Shown here: one piece after another, positions 39,355 to 48,231 of the stretch | How positions within the stretch are numbered: position 1 is the stretch's first letter | How the letters are laid out: each line of letters opens with the position of its first letter | Notes under the pieces: generated by a model | What the model was told of the DNA's origin: nothing | Databases searched by the model: none | Seen by the model: only the letters and a program-made list of their open reading frames with translations | Position numbers and translations under genes: made by a program | IMG/VR virus record: IMGVR_UViG_3300014208_000003 | Coordinates: 32,001 to 96,000 of that record | DNA from: a virus | Reading direction: 5' to 3' (one strand) | DNA: 64,000 nucleotides

Positions 39355-40335
39355 TTACATCATAGTTACTAAATCAAATGCTTTCTGTTTCATCGTTGCA
39401 CCTGTTCCGAACATTATTGAATTCATTCTCATATCAGCATTCTTTTTAACTGCTACAGCTTCATGATCCGCAAATTGAGTAACTGCATTTAATAGACTCC
39501 ATGCTGTTCCGGAAATACCTTTAAGATTATTTTTAGGATCATTTTCAAAATTGTTTTTAACACGAGTCATTATATTCTTTGCTCTTGTACTTGCTTCATC
39601 ACCTTCTTCTTTTTTAGGAGCGAAACAATCAAGAAGGAACTGTTCAACCATTTTAGAATCAACCTGTTTTAATGCAAGATGATTAGCTATTTCTGAAAAT
39701 TTATGTGTGTATTCTGCATTGATATTTAATATTGTCTGTGCTTCCTGTATCCTTGATGAAATATCTCCTGTATGACGAATTGATACTGCATTCTTAGCAC
39801 CACGAATAGCAGCATTAAGAGTATTGTTACAAACCACTCTTATATTTGTAAAGAATGATTTTAATGCAAGTGATCCGTCATGAGAATTAAAAACACATAT
39901 ATAAGTATCAGAAACATCATCAGTACCATTTATTCTTACCTGATTTTTTGTCTTGGCTGTTGCAAATACTCTTCTACCACCAAATAAAGATCCAGCGGTT
40001 TCGTATTTTAATTCACCACAACCAACCAACGATTCAAAAAATGCAAACATTTCTGTATTCTGTATTGGTGCATAATCTTCTCCGACAACCGATAATATAG
40101 CTTTAGTATCATTGCGAACTATTGCCACTTTTTCCGGAACAGCGATATCCAAAAAAGGATCACAATTAGGAACAACCATATCCATTTTAGATACAGACCA
40201 ATCCAAATGAGCAGCTTTAATCATTTCAAAAGAACCTACATCCTGTTCCAACTTCTGTCCTAAATTGTGCCACGGTAGATTTCCCGAAAAAGCCATCTCG
40301 CTGATTCCGTTTGTATTTGTAATTTCATGTGCCAT
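39355..40335 (-). CDS. DUF932-family protein
   Basis: MAHEI, PWHNLG, ETAGSL.GG, NSHDGS, RVVCNNTL, GTAW..LNAVT.F.DH. Confidence 0.85.
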   Translation of the reverse strand: MAHEITNTNGISEMAFSGNLPWHNLGQKLEQDVGSFEMIKAAHLDWSVSKMDMVVPNCDPFLDIAVPEKVAIVRNDTKAILSVVGEDYAPIQNTEMFAFFESLVGCGELKYETAGSLFGGRRVFATAKTKNQVRINGTDDVSDTYICVFNSHDGSLALKSFFTNIRVVCNNTLNAAIRGAKNAVSIRHTGDISSRIQEAQTILNINAEYTHKFSEIANHLALKQVDSKMVEQFLLDCFAPKKEEGDEASTRAKNIMTRVKNNFENDPKNNLKGISGTAWSLLNAVTQFADHEAVAVKKNADMRMNSIMFGTGATMKQKAFDLVTMM

Positions 40336-40377
40336 ATTAAAACCTCTTTTCTTGTTTGTTGATTTGTATCTGTAGTA

Positions 40378-40420
40378 AATATAAATGATGAAAACTCCAA
40401 AACCAAGAAAAAAATGAATT
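40378..40420 (-). promoter_or_regulatory. Repeated early promoter TTGGTT-N17-TATATT
   Basis: Same upstream AAATTCATTTTTT context as the 18171 copy. Confidence 0.65.
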
Positions 40421-40731
40421 TAAGACAACTTTATTTTACGTTTAGTTTGGATAATCACTTAAATCTTTTATTAACAATCACTTATGAGAATGGTTCGGAA
40501 CTTACTGTTATACCTATTCAAAACATTTCTTACAAAACAAAATATATTCAAGAACACTTATTAGATTTTTACAACAGACTTAAATCATATTCGGAATCTA
40601 TTGGAATATTACTACTAGACAGAAATATCAAAGATCCTACCACAGAACTAATTTATAGGTGGTTTATCGAAGGAAGTTTAGAAAGCATTGTTTTGAATAC
40701 TAATGAAGAAGAATTCCGGAAGATGCTTTAA
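40414..40731 (+). CDS. Hypothetical protein
   Basis: 105-aa ORF; start overlaps divergent promoter. Confidence 0.4.
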   Translation: MNLRQLYFTFSLDNHLNLLLTITYENGSELTVIPIQNISYKTKYIQEHLLDFYNRLKSYSESIGILLLDRNIKDPTTELIYRWFIEGSLESIVLNTNEEEFRKML

Positions 40732-40997
40732 CATTTTCTGCTGCCTTTACGATTTATTTCCGTCAACGCATTATTGGCAGCAATTAGAGACACGGCTTCA
40801 TCCGAAAGTTTATTACATACATCAATAAAAAAACCTACATTCATATCGCACACTGGGTTGCACTCTTCGGAGTAGTCAAAACACAGTAATGTATGACCAT
40901 CAACATCACCAAGAGCCACTGGATATGATAACCCTAAATCAATCGACCGTTTCTGTATCAATGCTTTTATTACTATTTCAACATTGGATTTTCTCAT
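40728..40997 (-). CDS. Cassette 1 hypothetical protein
   Basis: ORF fills cassette; start MRKSNV preferred. Confidence 0.5.
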   Translation of the reverse strand: MRKSNVEIVIKALIQKRSIDLGLSYPVALGDVDGHTLLCFDYSEECNPVCDMNVGFFIDVCNKLSDEAVSLIAANNALTEINRKGSRKC

Positions 40998-41052
40998 CTT
41001 CAGCCTTTCCCGAAAGTTTACTTGTGTTCTGTCTTGCACAAAATGTTATTGC

Positions 41053-41161
41053 ATCTAACGTTTAGGTTTGGTGAAGTGCCAAACCACTATAATCAATTAT
41101 TCGTTTGGCATTTGGGTCGCAGCTGGCTTGTCCAGCGGAGCCACCAAACCGTTTGTTGTGC
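41053..41161 (+). repeat. attC-like site 1
   Basis: ATCTAAC-N5-GGTTTGGTG...CACCAAACC-N4-GTTGTGC. Confidence 0.7.
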
Positions 41162-41183
41162 GATGTAAACCATGCCACTGCCT

Positions 41184-41435
41184 TTATTTGAATCTGATTG
41201 TTGCATCTTTGAAAACTAATCCCTCTGTAACGGTTCCCTCAATTCGAGTTCCATTAGGAGATGTTGCTATAAAACCTGTTTTGTAAACATCATCTTTCCC
41301 GCCCGCAAGAAAATCATAGCCAGTGAATTGAATGTCCTTATATCCATTTGCTTCAAGAATCCTTCTTGCACTATCCTCATTAGTGCAATTAGCAAAAAGT
41401 AACATTCCGATAACAACGATAATTGTCTTTAACAT
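41184..41435 (-). CDS. Cassette 2 small lipoprotein-like phage protein
   Basis: LLFANC lipobox-like; GY.DIQFTGY...GF.AT..G; AAGGAG SD. Confidence 0.6.
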   Translation of the reverse strand: MLKTIIVVIGMLLFANCTNEDSARRILEANGYKDIQFTGYDFLAGGKDDVYKTGFIATSPNGTRIEGTVTEGLVFKDATIRFK

Positions 41436-41495
41436 CTTTACTCCTTTTCAGCGGGTTTACCCGCGTTAATTATGCCTTGTGGCATGGTTTATTTC

Positions 41496-41585
41496 GCACA
41501 ACGTTCTGCTATGGTGAAGTTGCGTACTCGCAATTTGGGTCGGAGCTTGCGGAAGCAAGCGGAGCCACCATAGCCTTTGTTGTAC
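41496..41585 (+). repeat. attC-like site 2
   Basis: GCACAAC-N5-GCTATGGTG...CACCATAGC-N4-GTTGTAC; shares GGTGAAGT, TTTGGGTCG and AGCGGAGCCACCA with site 1. Confidence 0.7.
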
Positions 41586-41805
41586 GAAGTGCCTTTTGGC
41601 GCTTCTTATTTCTTTCTACACTGAAGCCCATAACATGCTTTGCTCCGCACTCCGGGCACATTTTACCGCTACCTGCTAAACTCCACAAATATGCAGTTAC
41701 TCTGTGTTTACAGAATGGACATTCAATAACACACTGAGAGCGTCCATGTTCTGATGAAAGTAAGAAGGCGTAATGTTTCTTCGATTTTTTATTTTCTTCT
41801 GTCAT
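41509..41805 (-). CDS. Cassette 3 zinc-ribbon protein (start ~MTEENK)
   Basis: CPFC...YLWSLAGSGK.CPECG; reads into attC. Confidence 0.5.
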   Translation of the reverse strand: MTEENKKSKKHYAFLLSSEHGRSQCVIECPFCKHRVTAYLWSLAGSGKMCPECGAKHVMGFSVERNKKRQKALRTTKAMVAPLASASSDPNCEYATSP

Positions 41806-41969
41806 TTTCTCCTCGAACACTTGTGTGCGTTTCGCCTTGCGCCAAAAGGCATTTTGTACAACGTATATATTCTGTAATAAGTTCACATTTACATTTAAAA
41901 TTTTGTATTATGTCGCACCGTTCAATGATTAAAATATAACAGATAAAAACCAAAAATCCTAATAAATAA

Positions 41970-42434
41970 TTAAAAAATAATTTGTAGGTCGAAATTAACC
42001 GGTAAAATTTTAACAACGGGAAGAATGTTCAAAACCTTCTTGGCACACATTTCCAGATTACCAGCTAAAAGATAATGTATTCCGTTAGTACCTTTTACGA
42101 ATGTTGGTATGAATAATTCGTCGGACATTGCTTCTGTTAAAATCCTTATTGGTTTATCTTCTCCGTATAGATTACAAAGATGGTAAAATCGTTCATAATC
42201 ACCGGAATCAAGATCGAGATAATTGCAGTTGAATAGATTTGTTTTATTGAATTGTTTTGTTTCAATTTCTTCTATGTGTGATTTTTTTAATGCTTCGGAA
42301 AAATTGGTGGGAGATAAATTTAGTAATATGTGTTTCAGAATATTTTCATGATTTGTTTTTAGGACATCAATGAAACTATCAAATGTTTTCTGATATTTTC
42401 TGTCGGTCATTAATAAATCGAAATTGGGTTTCAT
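41970..42434 (-). CDS. Hypothetical protein in late operon
   Basis: Coupled to patatin gene. Confidence 0.55.
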   Translation of the reverse strand: MKPNFDLLMTDRKYQKTFDSFIDVLKTNHENILKHILLNLSPTNFSEALKKSHIEEIETKQFNKTNLFNCNYLDLDSGDYERFYHLCNLYGEDKPIRILTEAMSDELFIPTFVKGTNGIHYLLAGNLEMCAKKVLNILPVVKILPVNFDLQIIF

Positions 42435-43384
42435 AGGAATAGAAAGTTTAAAATTGTTGCTTCTTGTTTCTTATATTCTTCCTGAGCTAACTCTTGATAT
42501 GTTTTGACCCATTTTAATCCATCCAGAGCGTCCATATCGGCATTAGGATACATACTATCAATATTTAGAAAGGAGAAATTATGATCTCTTTTTTCGATAC
42601 GTTCTGCTGCATAGATAGCTGTAGTTGTAGCCTGTGATCGTGCCATACCAATAACTTTAACAGCATCTTTTATATTTCCTGATTTGACTGCTTTTTTATA
42701 ACCAACGTCTTTATTATAGAATCCGGTTCCTATGTTTAGCATTTTTATTTTATCATCCGGATAGTTATTACAAATAGATGCATAAGCTTCGATTACGGGA
42801 TTATTTGAATCTCCTTCACCACCATCACCATAAACTATTTGGTATTTATTATCGTTTATATTTCCGAAGTAGTAAGATGCCGCGAATGTTTTGGCTATTG
42901 CGTTTGTTACATATTCGTCTTTATAATTATCGTTCCATGATTTTATGAATTCGTTTTTACATTTGATCCAGTTTTTATTCACAGTAGATAGCATTAAATG
43001 TTTTCCGGTCGTTTCGTATATTTCGGACATTTTCATATTAGGGTGTTTAGAATATTTCAGAATAACATTTAGAATCGGATCTCTTTTATATTTTGGCATG
43101 TGTAGGAAAGAAGGCTTCCACCAAGGGCAATCAGGAATAAAATACTTATCACCCTCAAGATATAAGTTTCTGATTTGTTCAAGAGGCATTCCGATTAAAA
43201 GGCTTGCACCAATAATTCCTCCGGTTGATGTTCCAAAAAATATATCAACAAAGTCATATATAGTTTTTCCGTTACCAAATCTTTTCATTATTGATTGTGA
43301 TAGTTGATACAAAATTTCGATAGTATAAGTTCCTGCCAATCCTCCACCGGGTAACACTAAAGCTAATTTCGAATCGTTTATCAT
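42431..43384 (-). CDS. Patatin-like phospholipase
   Basis: LVLPGGGLAG, GTSTGGI, DGG, LNIGTG. Confidence 0.85.
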   Translation of the reverse strand: MINDSKLALVLPGGGLAGTYTIEILYQLSQSIMKRFGNGKTIYDFVDIFFGTSTGGIIGASLLIGMPLEQIRNLYLEGDKYFIPDCPWWKPSFLHMPKYKRDPILNVILKYSKHPNMKMSEIYETTGKHLMLSTVNKNWIKCKNEFIKSWNDNYKDEYVTNAIAKTFAASYYFGNINDNKYQIVYGDGGEGDSNNPVIEAYASICNNYPDDKIKMLNIGTGFYNKDVGYKKAVKSGNIKDAVKVIGMARSQATTTAIYAAERIEKRDHNFSFLNIDSMYPNADMDALDGLKWVKTYQELAQEEYKKQEATILNFLFL

Positions 43385-43386
43385 AA

Positions 43387-43896
43387 TTACTGAACTCCGG
43401 AAGGATTAGTGGATGTAACGTTAAATTGTTTCTGAACATCTGACCAATATTTTTTAGCTTTATCGTAATCTATTTGATGTGTCTCTATAAGTTTAATTAT
43501 ATCGTTATTGTTTTCTGGAATGATTTCGATAACTTTAACATAACCGTTTTGAAAAGCATTTCCATCTTTACCTGTAATTATATTCAAGTCTACAAATTCT
43601 TTAAATTTTTTATTAGCTAAAGAACCATTAGAGGCACATGCAAAAGTTAATTCACTATAAAGAACCCATTTACCTTCTTTATTGATAGGTGATATACTCC
43701 ATCTAACAGACAACCATCCGAAAACATCTTTATATAATTTTGCTTCTTTTCTCAATAACCACGTTTTATCATTACCTCTTGAAATATTATATTTTTTTAA
43801 TTTGATATTTATTTTATCACTATATTCCGGAGAAGTCCAATCAAATTCTATAATATCTTCCCCTAGTATTTGTCTTGTTCTTGCTATTAAATTCAT
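43387..43896 (-). CDS. Hypothetical late protein
   Basis: In operon after gp3-like gene; N-terminal ILGE. Confidence 0.55.
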   Translation of the reverse strand: MNLIARTRQILGEDIIEFDWTSPEYSDKINIKLKKYNISRGNDKTWLLRKEAKLYKDVFGWLSVRWSISPINKEGKWVLYSELTFACASNGSLANKKFKEFVDLNIITGKDGNAFQNGYVKVIEIIPENNNDIIKLIETHQIDYDKAKKYWSDVQKQFNVTSTNPSGVQ

Positions 43897-44399
43897 ATAG
43901 CTACCTTTTCGTATATTAGATGTTCATAAAGCCAGTTTGTTGTGAATTGGTTTTCTTCAGCAGTACCGTATTCCAAACTAAAAGATGAAATGGAATGTAT
44001 GAGACAATTTTTGAAAGAGAGGATTCCGCGTTTTCTTTTGTTGTTATCGAGACTAGTTAAAGAAATATTGTTGATAATATTTTCTTTTAATGTTTCTGTA
44101 CTAACTTTTCCGGACTTTAATTGCAATAGGTATTCAAGAAGATTGTAATAATTCAACATATCTTCGGTGATTTTGAACGTTATTTGGAAGTCGGAAAGAT
44201 TAGTGTTTGGTTTTGCGTTTATAGAGAATCTTTTAATATTGTGATCATAAACTTCATCGATATCTAAATTCTGATCTGGTATTGAGATTGATTTACAAAA
44301 GTTCTCGTATAGTTTCAAATCAGTAACATTCGAAACACTTGGTATATTCGAAAAGTTTATACGCCATTTACCTGCATGAGAAACATTTAAAGTGTTCAT
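43893..44399 (-). CDS. Tail tube terminator / tail completion protein (T4 gp3-like)
   Basis: FCKSISIP, FQITFKITEDMLNY, LDNN, FKNC..SIS; late promoter 44405-44412. Confidence 0.65.
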   Translation of the reverse strand: MNTLNVSHAGKWRINFSNIPSVSNVTDLKLYENFCKSISIPDQNLDIDEVYDHNIKRFSINAKPNTNLSDFQITFKITEDMLNYYNLLEYLLQLKSGKVSTETLKENIINNISLTSLDNNKRKRGILSFKNCLIHSISSFSLEYGTAEENQFTTNWLYEHLIYEKVAI

Positions 44400-44429
44400 G
44401 CAAGTATTTAGAAACTTATTTTTGTTATA

Positions 44430-44921
44430 TCAGAAAATCCAAGAAAGCATAGCAAAATCTACAGAACATCCACCTAATTTTCTTTGTAGTTTTGATAGAG
44501 AAGAATAGTGTTTTTGATTATGTTTAAGTTGTCTCAGGAATTTTTGTTTAAGCTCATAGAATCTTTTATAAGAAATTGATTGTTCCGGAATGATGCTTAA
44601 ACATTTTTCGATAACAAAAGAATCATCACCAGCGTTTACAAGAAATTTTCCGGAAAAGAATCTACCATTTAAAGAAGGATGTTTGAATTGAATATAAGAT
44701 AGCATGTTTCCGGAAGATGTACAAATATTAGAATGGCAAGAACCGCTATAATTTATTTCTAAAGAACCGGTTACGTGTATTTTTCTATTATATTTTTCGC
44801 CAACTTTATACTCATCTAAATTATTTTCTATATTCTTTGTTTGTAGATTGATATTTAAATTAGAATTACAATAAGGACAGTGCAAGGAATCGTCTATAAT
44901 AGTGTCGAACATTCCCATCAA
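44430..44921 (-). CDS. Hypothetical protein
   Basis: MGMFDTI...CPYC...QTK. Confidence 0.55.
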   Translation of the reverse strand: MMGMFDTIIDDSLHCPYCNSNLNINLQTKNIENNLDEYKVGEKYNRKIHVTGSLEINYSGSCHSNICTSSGNMLSYIQFKHPSLNGRFFSGKFLVNAGDDSFVIEKCLSIIPEQSISYKRFYELKQKFLRQLKHNQKHYSSLSKLQRKLGGCSVDFAMLSWIF

Positions 44922-45271
44922 ACAATTTCCTCTTTAAAGAATTCGTCCGTTTTAAAACCTTCCATCCAGAAATAAACTATAGCATTATCACCAAGTTCTT
45001 CTTTAATCTTCTTGGCAATATTCAAACCTTTTTCATATGATTTTTTCCAAGCATTTTCCGAAATAAACACATAATTTACTTTATCATGATTCCGGTCATA
45101 TTCATCTACCCATTCCAGACATTCTTTATATAGCTCTTCGGGAAATAAAAGACCTTCTTCACAAATTTCTTCATAATCAACATTTTCGTGATCTCTTAAA
45201 TCTTCGGTGTTACAAATCCATAAACCAGTTGAACAGAAGTCAGGCATTACCAATAGTTTTTTTACGTCCAC
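44918..45271 (-). CDS. Hypothetical protein
   Basis: VMPDF.STGLW, GL.IAK. Confidence 0.55.
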   Translation of the reverse strand: MDVKKLLVMPDFCSTGLWICNTEDLRDHENVDYEEICEEGLLFPEELYKECLEWVDEYDRNHDKVNYVFISENAWKKSYEKGLNIAKKIKEELGDNAIVYFWMEGFKTDEFFKEEIV

Positions 45272-45954
45272 AATCTACCTCTTATTTTAATTAGTGCTAT
45301 CATGTTGTTTTCGGTTTCATCTGCTATCATCTTTTGGTATTTAGCGGAGTCATCAAACATCATTCTATTTTTGATTTTTTCTTCCGGAGTATCTTTATTA
45401 ATCATTCTGTATAGTTTAGGATCCCCATCTTCATCTACTTCCGCAACTTCAAAAACATTATCCAGATCAAACGCTTTAGGATTTTCGTTATAATATTTTT
45501 CCCAAGGATCATTTTCTTCATATTTTGGATAGATGAATTTCCACCAATGATACAACCTTAATGCTTCTTGGTGACTTTGTATATCATAATCGTAATCATA
45601 TCTTTGTTCTTCCGGAATATTCTCGTCATCTTTTTTGGATTTTTTCAGGAACATTATATAATCCTGTAAATCGTTCACTCCTTTATGTTCTTCTTCTACA
45701 AATCTTACCAATAGAGAAAACAATCCATGAACCATTAAAGTTTCAATTTCATAATAACTAGGTTTCAAATCAGTTTTTATAACATGATATTTATTTATAG
45801 TTCTGTGTCTTATTGCCCAGATAAATCCACTAACACGAAATCTAATTCTACAAGGCAACTGTTCCCAAAGTCCTCCTATAAAACCATAACATTTAATATC
45901 ACTTTTTAAATCTTTTTTGAATATACGAATTTTTTTCTTGATGGTTTTGAACAC
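45262..45954 (-). CDS. Conserved phage hypothetical protein
   Basis: LFSLLVRFVEEE, LYHWWK, LIKIRGRLWT. Confidence 0.6.
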   Translation of the reverse strand: MFKTIKKKIRIFKKDLKSDIKCYGFIGGLWEQLPCRIRFRVSGFIWAIRHRTINKYHVIKTDLKPSYYEIETLMVHGLFSLLVRFVEEEHKGVNDLQDYIMFLKKSKKDDENIPEEQRYDYDYDIQSHQEALRLYHWWKFIYPKYEENDPWEKYYNENPKAFDLDNVFEVAEVDEDGDPKLYRMINKDTPEEKIKNRMMFDDSAKYQKMIADETENNMIALIKIRGRLWT

Positions 45955-45955
45955 G

Positions 45956-46405
45956 TTATTCCTTATTCATTAAAATATCAAAGTGGTCAAACGCAAATTT
46001 CTTTTTCTTGATATATAAATCCGAATCATCTCTCCAAAATATTTCCTTCGCGTCGTCCCTTGCTATAATATTTAGAGTATCTTCCATAGTTAGAATAGGA
46101 ATGCATTTGAACACTACCGATATAGTCCAGCCTCTCGGATCTCTGTTTGGAGTATCTGCTATGAAAACTTGTTGTAATAATGATGGTAGCAAACTTAAAT
46201 TCGTTTCTTCTTTAAGTTCTCTAATAGCAGCTTGAATAATTGTTTCACCTTCATTAACAAAACCACCGGGAAGAGCATAACAATCTTTAAAAGGTTCTGA
46301 GGCTCTTTTTATAAGTAGTGTTTGATGAGTATTTTTAATATCGTTGTATCTTTTCACAATCACATCCACCGTCAAAGCAGGTCTGGCATAATCATATTCA
46401 AACAT
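45956..46405 (-). CDS. Nudix hydrolase, ADP-ribose pyrophosphatase / NrtR-type
   Basis: ALPGGFVNEGET..AAIRELKEETNL, RDPRGW, AFDH. Confidence 0.9.
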   Translation of the reverse strand: MFEYDYARPALTVDVIVKRYNDIKNTHQTLLIKRASEPFKDCYALPGGFVNEGETIIQAAIRELKEETNLSLLPSLLQQVFIADTPNRDPRGWTISVVFKCIPILTMEDTLNIIARDDAKEIFWRDDSDLYIKKKKFAFDHFDILMNKE

Positions 46406-46898
46406 ATAGATTATTCTCCTTAATATAGTTCAAAACATTTTCCGGAACTAAACCGTTAATAGGTCTTTTATTTTTAATCTTTTCACGAATTATTGTTGAA
46501 GAAATTGGTAGATAATCTTTTCTCCTGTACTGTTTAACGATACAATTTTCTTTAATATATTCCGGATTCTTCCAAGTAGAAATATCCCAATCATCACCAA
46601 CAAAAAGATATAACGGTAAATCGGTTTCTTCTTTTTTATAATGTTTAATAAGCTGGTAAGTGTATTGTTTCCGAATGTCTCTTGGAAGAACGTTTGATAA
46701 TCCTTGATCAAATATACCTAAACAACACATTTGTAATCTTTGTTCATACGGAAGACATTTTTTATATGTTGGTTTATAAGTAGTTATCAGATCAAGCCTA
46801 GCAATATAATCAAAAGAAGCTATCTCGGAAATGATTGAAAGATGGCCATTATGGAACGGATTTGCGGAAAGTCCAAATATACCAATACCTTTTTCCAT
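46398..46898 (-). CDS. nadD: Nicotinate-nucleotide adenylyltransferase
   Basis: GIFGLSANPFHNGH, VGDD...WK, ISSTIIR, VPENV..YI....LY. Confidence 0.85.
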   Translation of the reverse strand: MEKGIGIFGLSANPFHNGHLSIISEIASFDYIARLDLITTYKPTYKKCLPYEQRLQMCCLGIFDQGLSNVLPRDIRKQYTYQLIKHYKKEETDLPLYLFVGDDWDISTWKNPEYIKENCIVKQYRRKDYLPISSTIIREKIKNKRPINGLVPENVLNYIKENNLYV

Positions 46899-47200
46899 TA
46901 CTTCCCCTTTAACAAAAATTGCTTTTTAATATACTCGTTTGTGGCTGTTGTGTCTATAATTACTTTGTAGATTTTGTTCTCGTAAAGATAATGTTTGTCG
47001 AGAATTTTCTGATTATATTCATAGAAGCTGTTTGACGTTAACTCTTCCGGAGATGATTTGAACAGTATAATAAAGAAAAATACCAACGAAACTAAACAAG
47101 TCATTACAGCAACATTTTTATCATCTTCGTCAATAGAAAAAATTATTACCGCAACACTAACCAAAATTATCACAATTGAAACCAAAAAAATAATTAACAT
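46898..47200 (-). CDS. Membrane protein
   Basis: Two TM segments. Confidence 0.55.
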   Translation of the reverse strand: MLIIFLVSIVIILVSVAVIIFSIDEDDKNVAVMTCLVSLVFFFIILFKSSPEELTSNSFYEYNQKILDKHYLYENKIYKVIIDTTATNEYIKKQFLLKGK

Positions 47201-47730
47201 AGAATCTCCCTCGTTTTTCTTACATTTACACCAATATCATAAAAATGTTTAATTGTTTCTTCTGTTTTATCAAGTCCAGCGGTAGCATCATTAACCAGAT
47301 ATATTTGTTTATTCTCTACCCATTCTTTTTCAATCAACCCGTCTATAAATGCTTTCACACAGATATCGGTAGCAATCCCACTTACAATAATTCTTTCTTC
47401 TGCTTCAAAGGCATATTTCAGTTTGTGTATAAAAACATCTCCGTCTTTTTTATCCCATACATTATAAGTTTGTTTGTGTAGATTAATATTCCCATCAACT
47501 TCAAAATAATTATTAGCACCAGAAGAATATTTCAAGCAATGTTCCGGAAAGATTTTGAATTCTGGATCATTAACACTATGCCTATCAGAAGTTGTTAATA
47601 TTGTTTCTCCATTCAATATAGCATAACCATAGAGAGCATGAAGATTAACCATTATTTTAGATGCTTCCGGAACATATAGTTTACCATTAGGATTCAAAAA
47701 ATCATATTGGGTATCTACAAAAACTATCAT
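47194..47730 (-). CDS. pncA: Nicotinamidase
   Basis: VDTQYDF, G.LYVP, D.H, FPEHC, GIATDICV. Confidence 0.85.
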   Translation of the reverse strand: MIVFVDTQYDFLNPNGKLYVPEASKIMVNLHALYGYAILNGETILTTSDRHSVNDPEFKIFPEHCLKYSSGANNYFEVDGNINLHKQTYNVWDKKDGDVFIHKLKYAFEAEERIIVSGIATDICVKAFIDGLIEKEWVENKQIYLVNDATAGLDKTEETIKHFYDIGVNVRKTREILC

Positions 47731-47732
47731 GA

Positions 47733-48230
47733 TTAATTCCTTTCCTTTAATCCATTTAGTTTTTCAATTACTTCTGCTGCTGTTGTAAAAAATATTCCTA
47801 TACCTCCAGCTTGATTCCATTGTCTGATATTTGGTTCATAATCATCTATCAAAACATCATTCTTATTATTAACCCAAAATTGTTTATTAGCTGCTTTCTG
47901 AGAAAAATTTAAAGGCACATCTATATTGCGATTTTTTAACCATATCTCTTTACCATATCTAGCACCTTCTTTATCTGGATTTGAACCACCAAGAGAAGTT
48001 AATATTTCTACATTTACCAAGTCCTGTAAATAATTCCACAATTTCTTACCTTCTGGATGCCATTCGAGATCAGTATAAAATTTTGCTATATTACCTTGTT
48101 TTTGAATATGTTTCCAGAGATCTAATTCCGGATCACCTTCTCTTAAATCTTCTATTCTAGTCTTACCATCGATTTCAAATATGGCTCGATCGAAATCACA
48201 CAGAACACCATCCATATCACAATAGATCAT
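47733..48230 (-). CDS. HAD-family 5'(3')-nucleotidase-like protein
   Basis: IYCDMDGVLCDF, ILTS, LIDDY..NI..W..AGG.GI. Confidence 0.75.
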   Translation of the reverse strand: MIYCDMDGVLCDFDRAIFEIDGKTRIEDLREGDPELDLWKHIQKQGNIAKFYTDLEWHPEGKKLWNYLQDLVNVEILTSLGGSNPDKEGARYGKEIWLKNRNIDVPLNFSQKAANKQFWVNNKNDVLIDDYEPNIRQWNQAGGIGIFFTTAAEVIEKLNGLKERN

Positions 48231-48231
48231 T

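Larger units (their letters stand above)
40721..41862. mobile_element. Captured integron-like cassette array (3 cassettes, 2 full attC-like sites, no integrase in window)
   Basis: Two homologous AAC...GTT palindromic elements; each cassette bounded by its own 17-24 bp inverted repeats; raised GC. Confidence 0.7.

Noticed and set aside
41068-41737. Plus-strand ORFs 41068-41286 and 41423-41737
   Set aside because: They run through the GC-rich attC-like palindromes, antisense to better ORFs that have SD sites.
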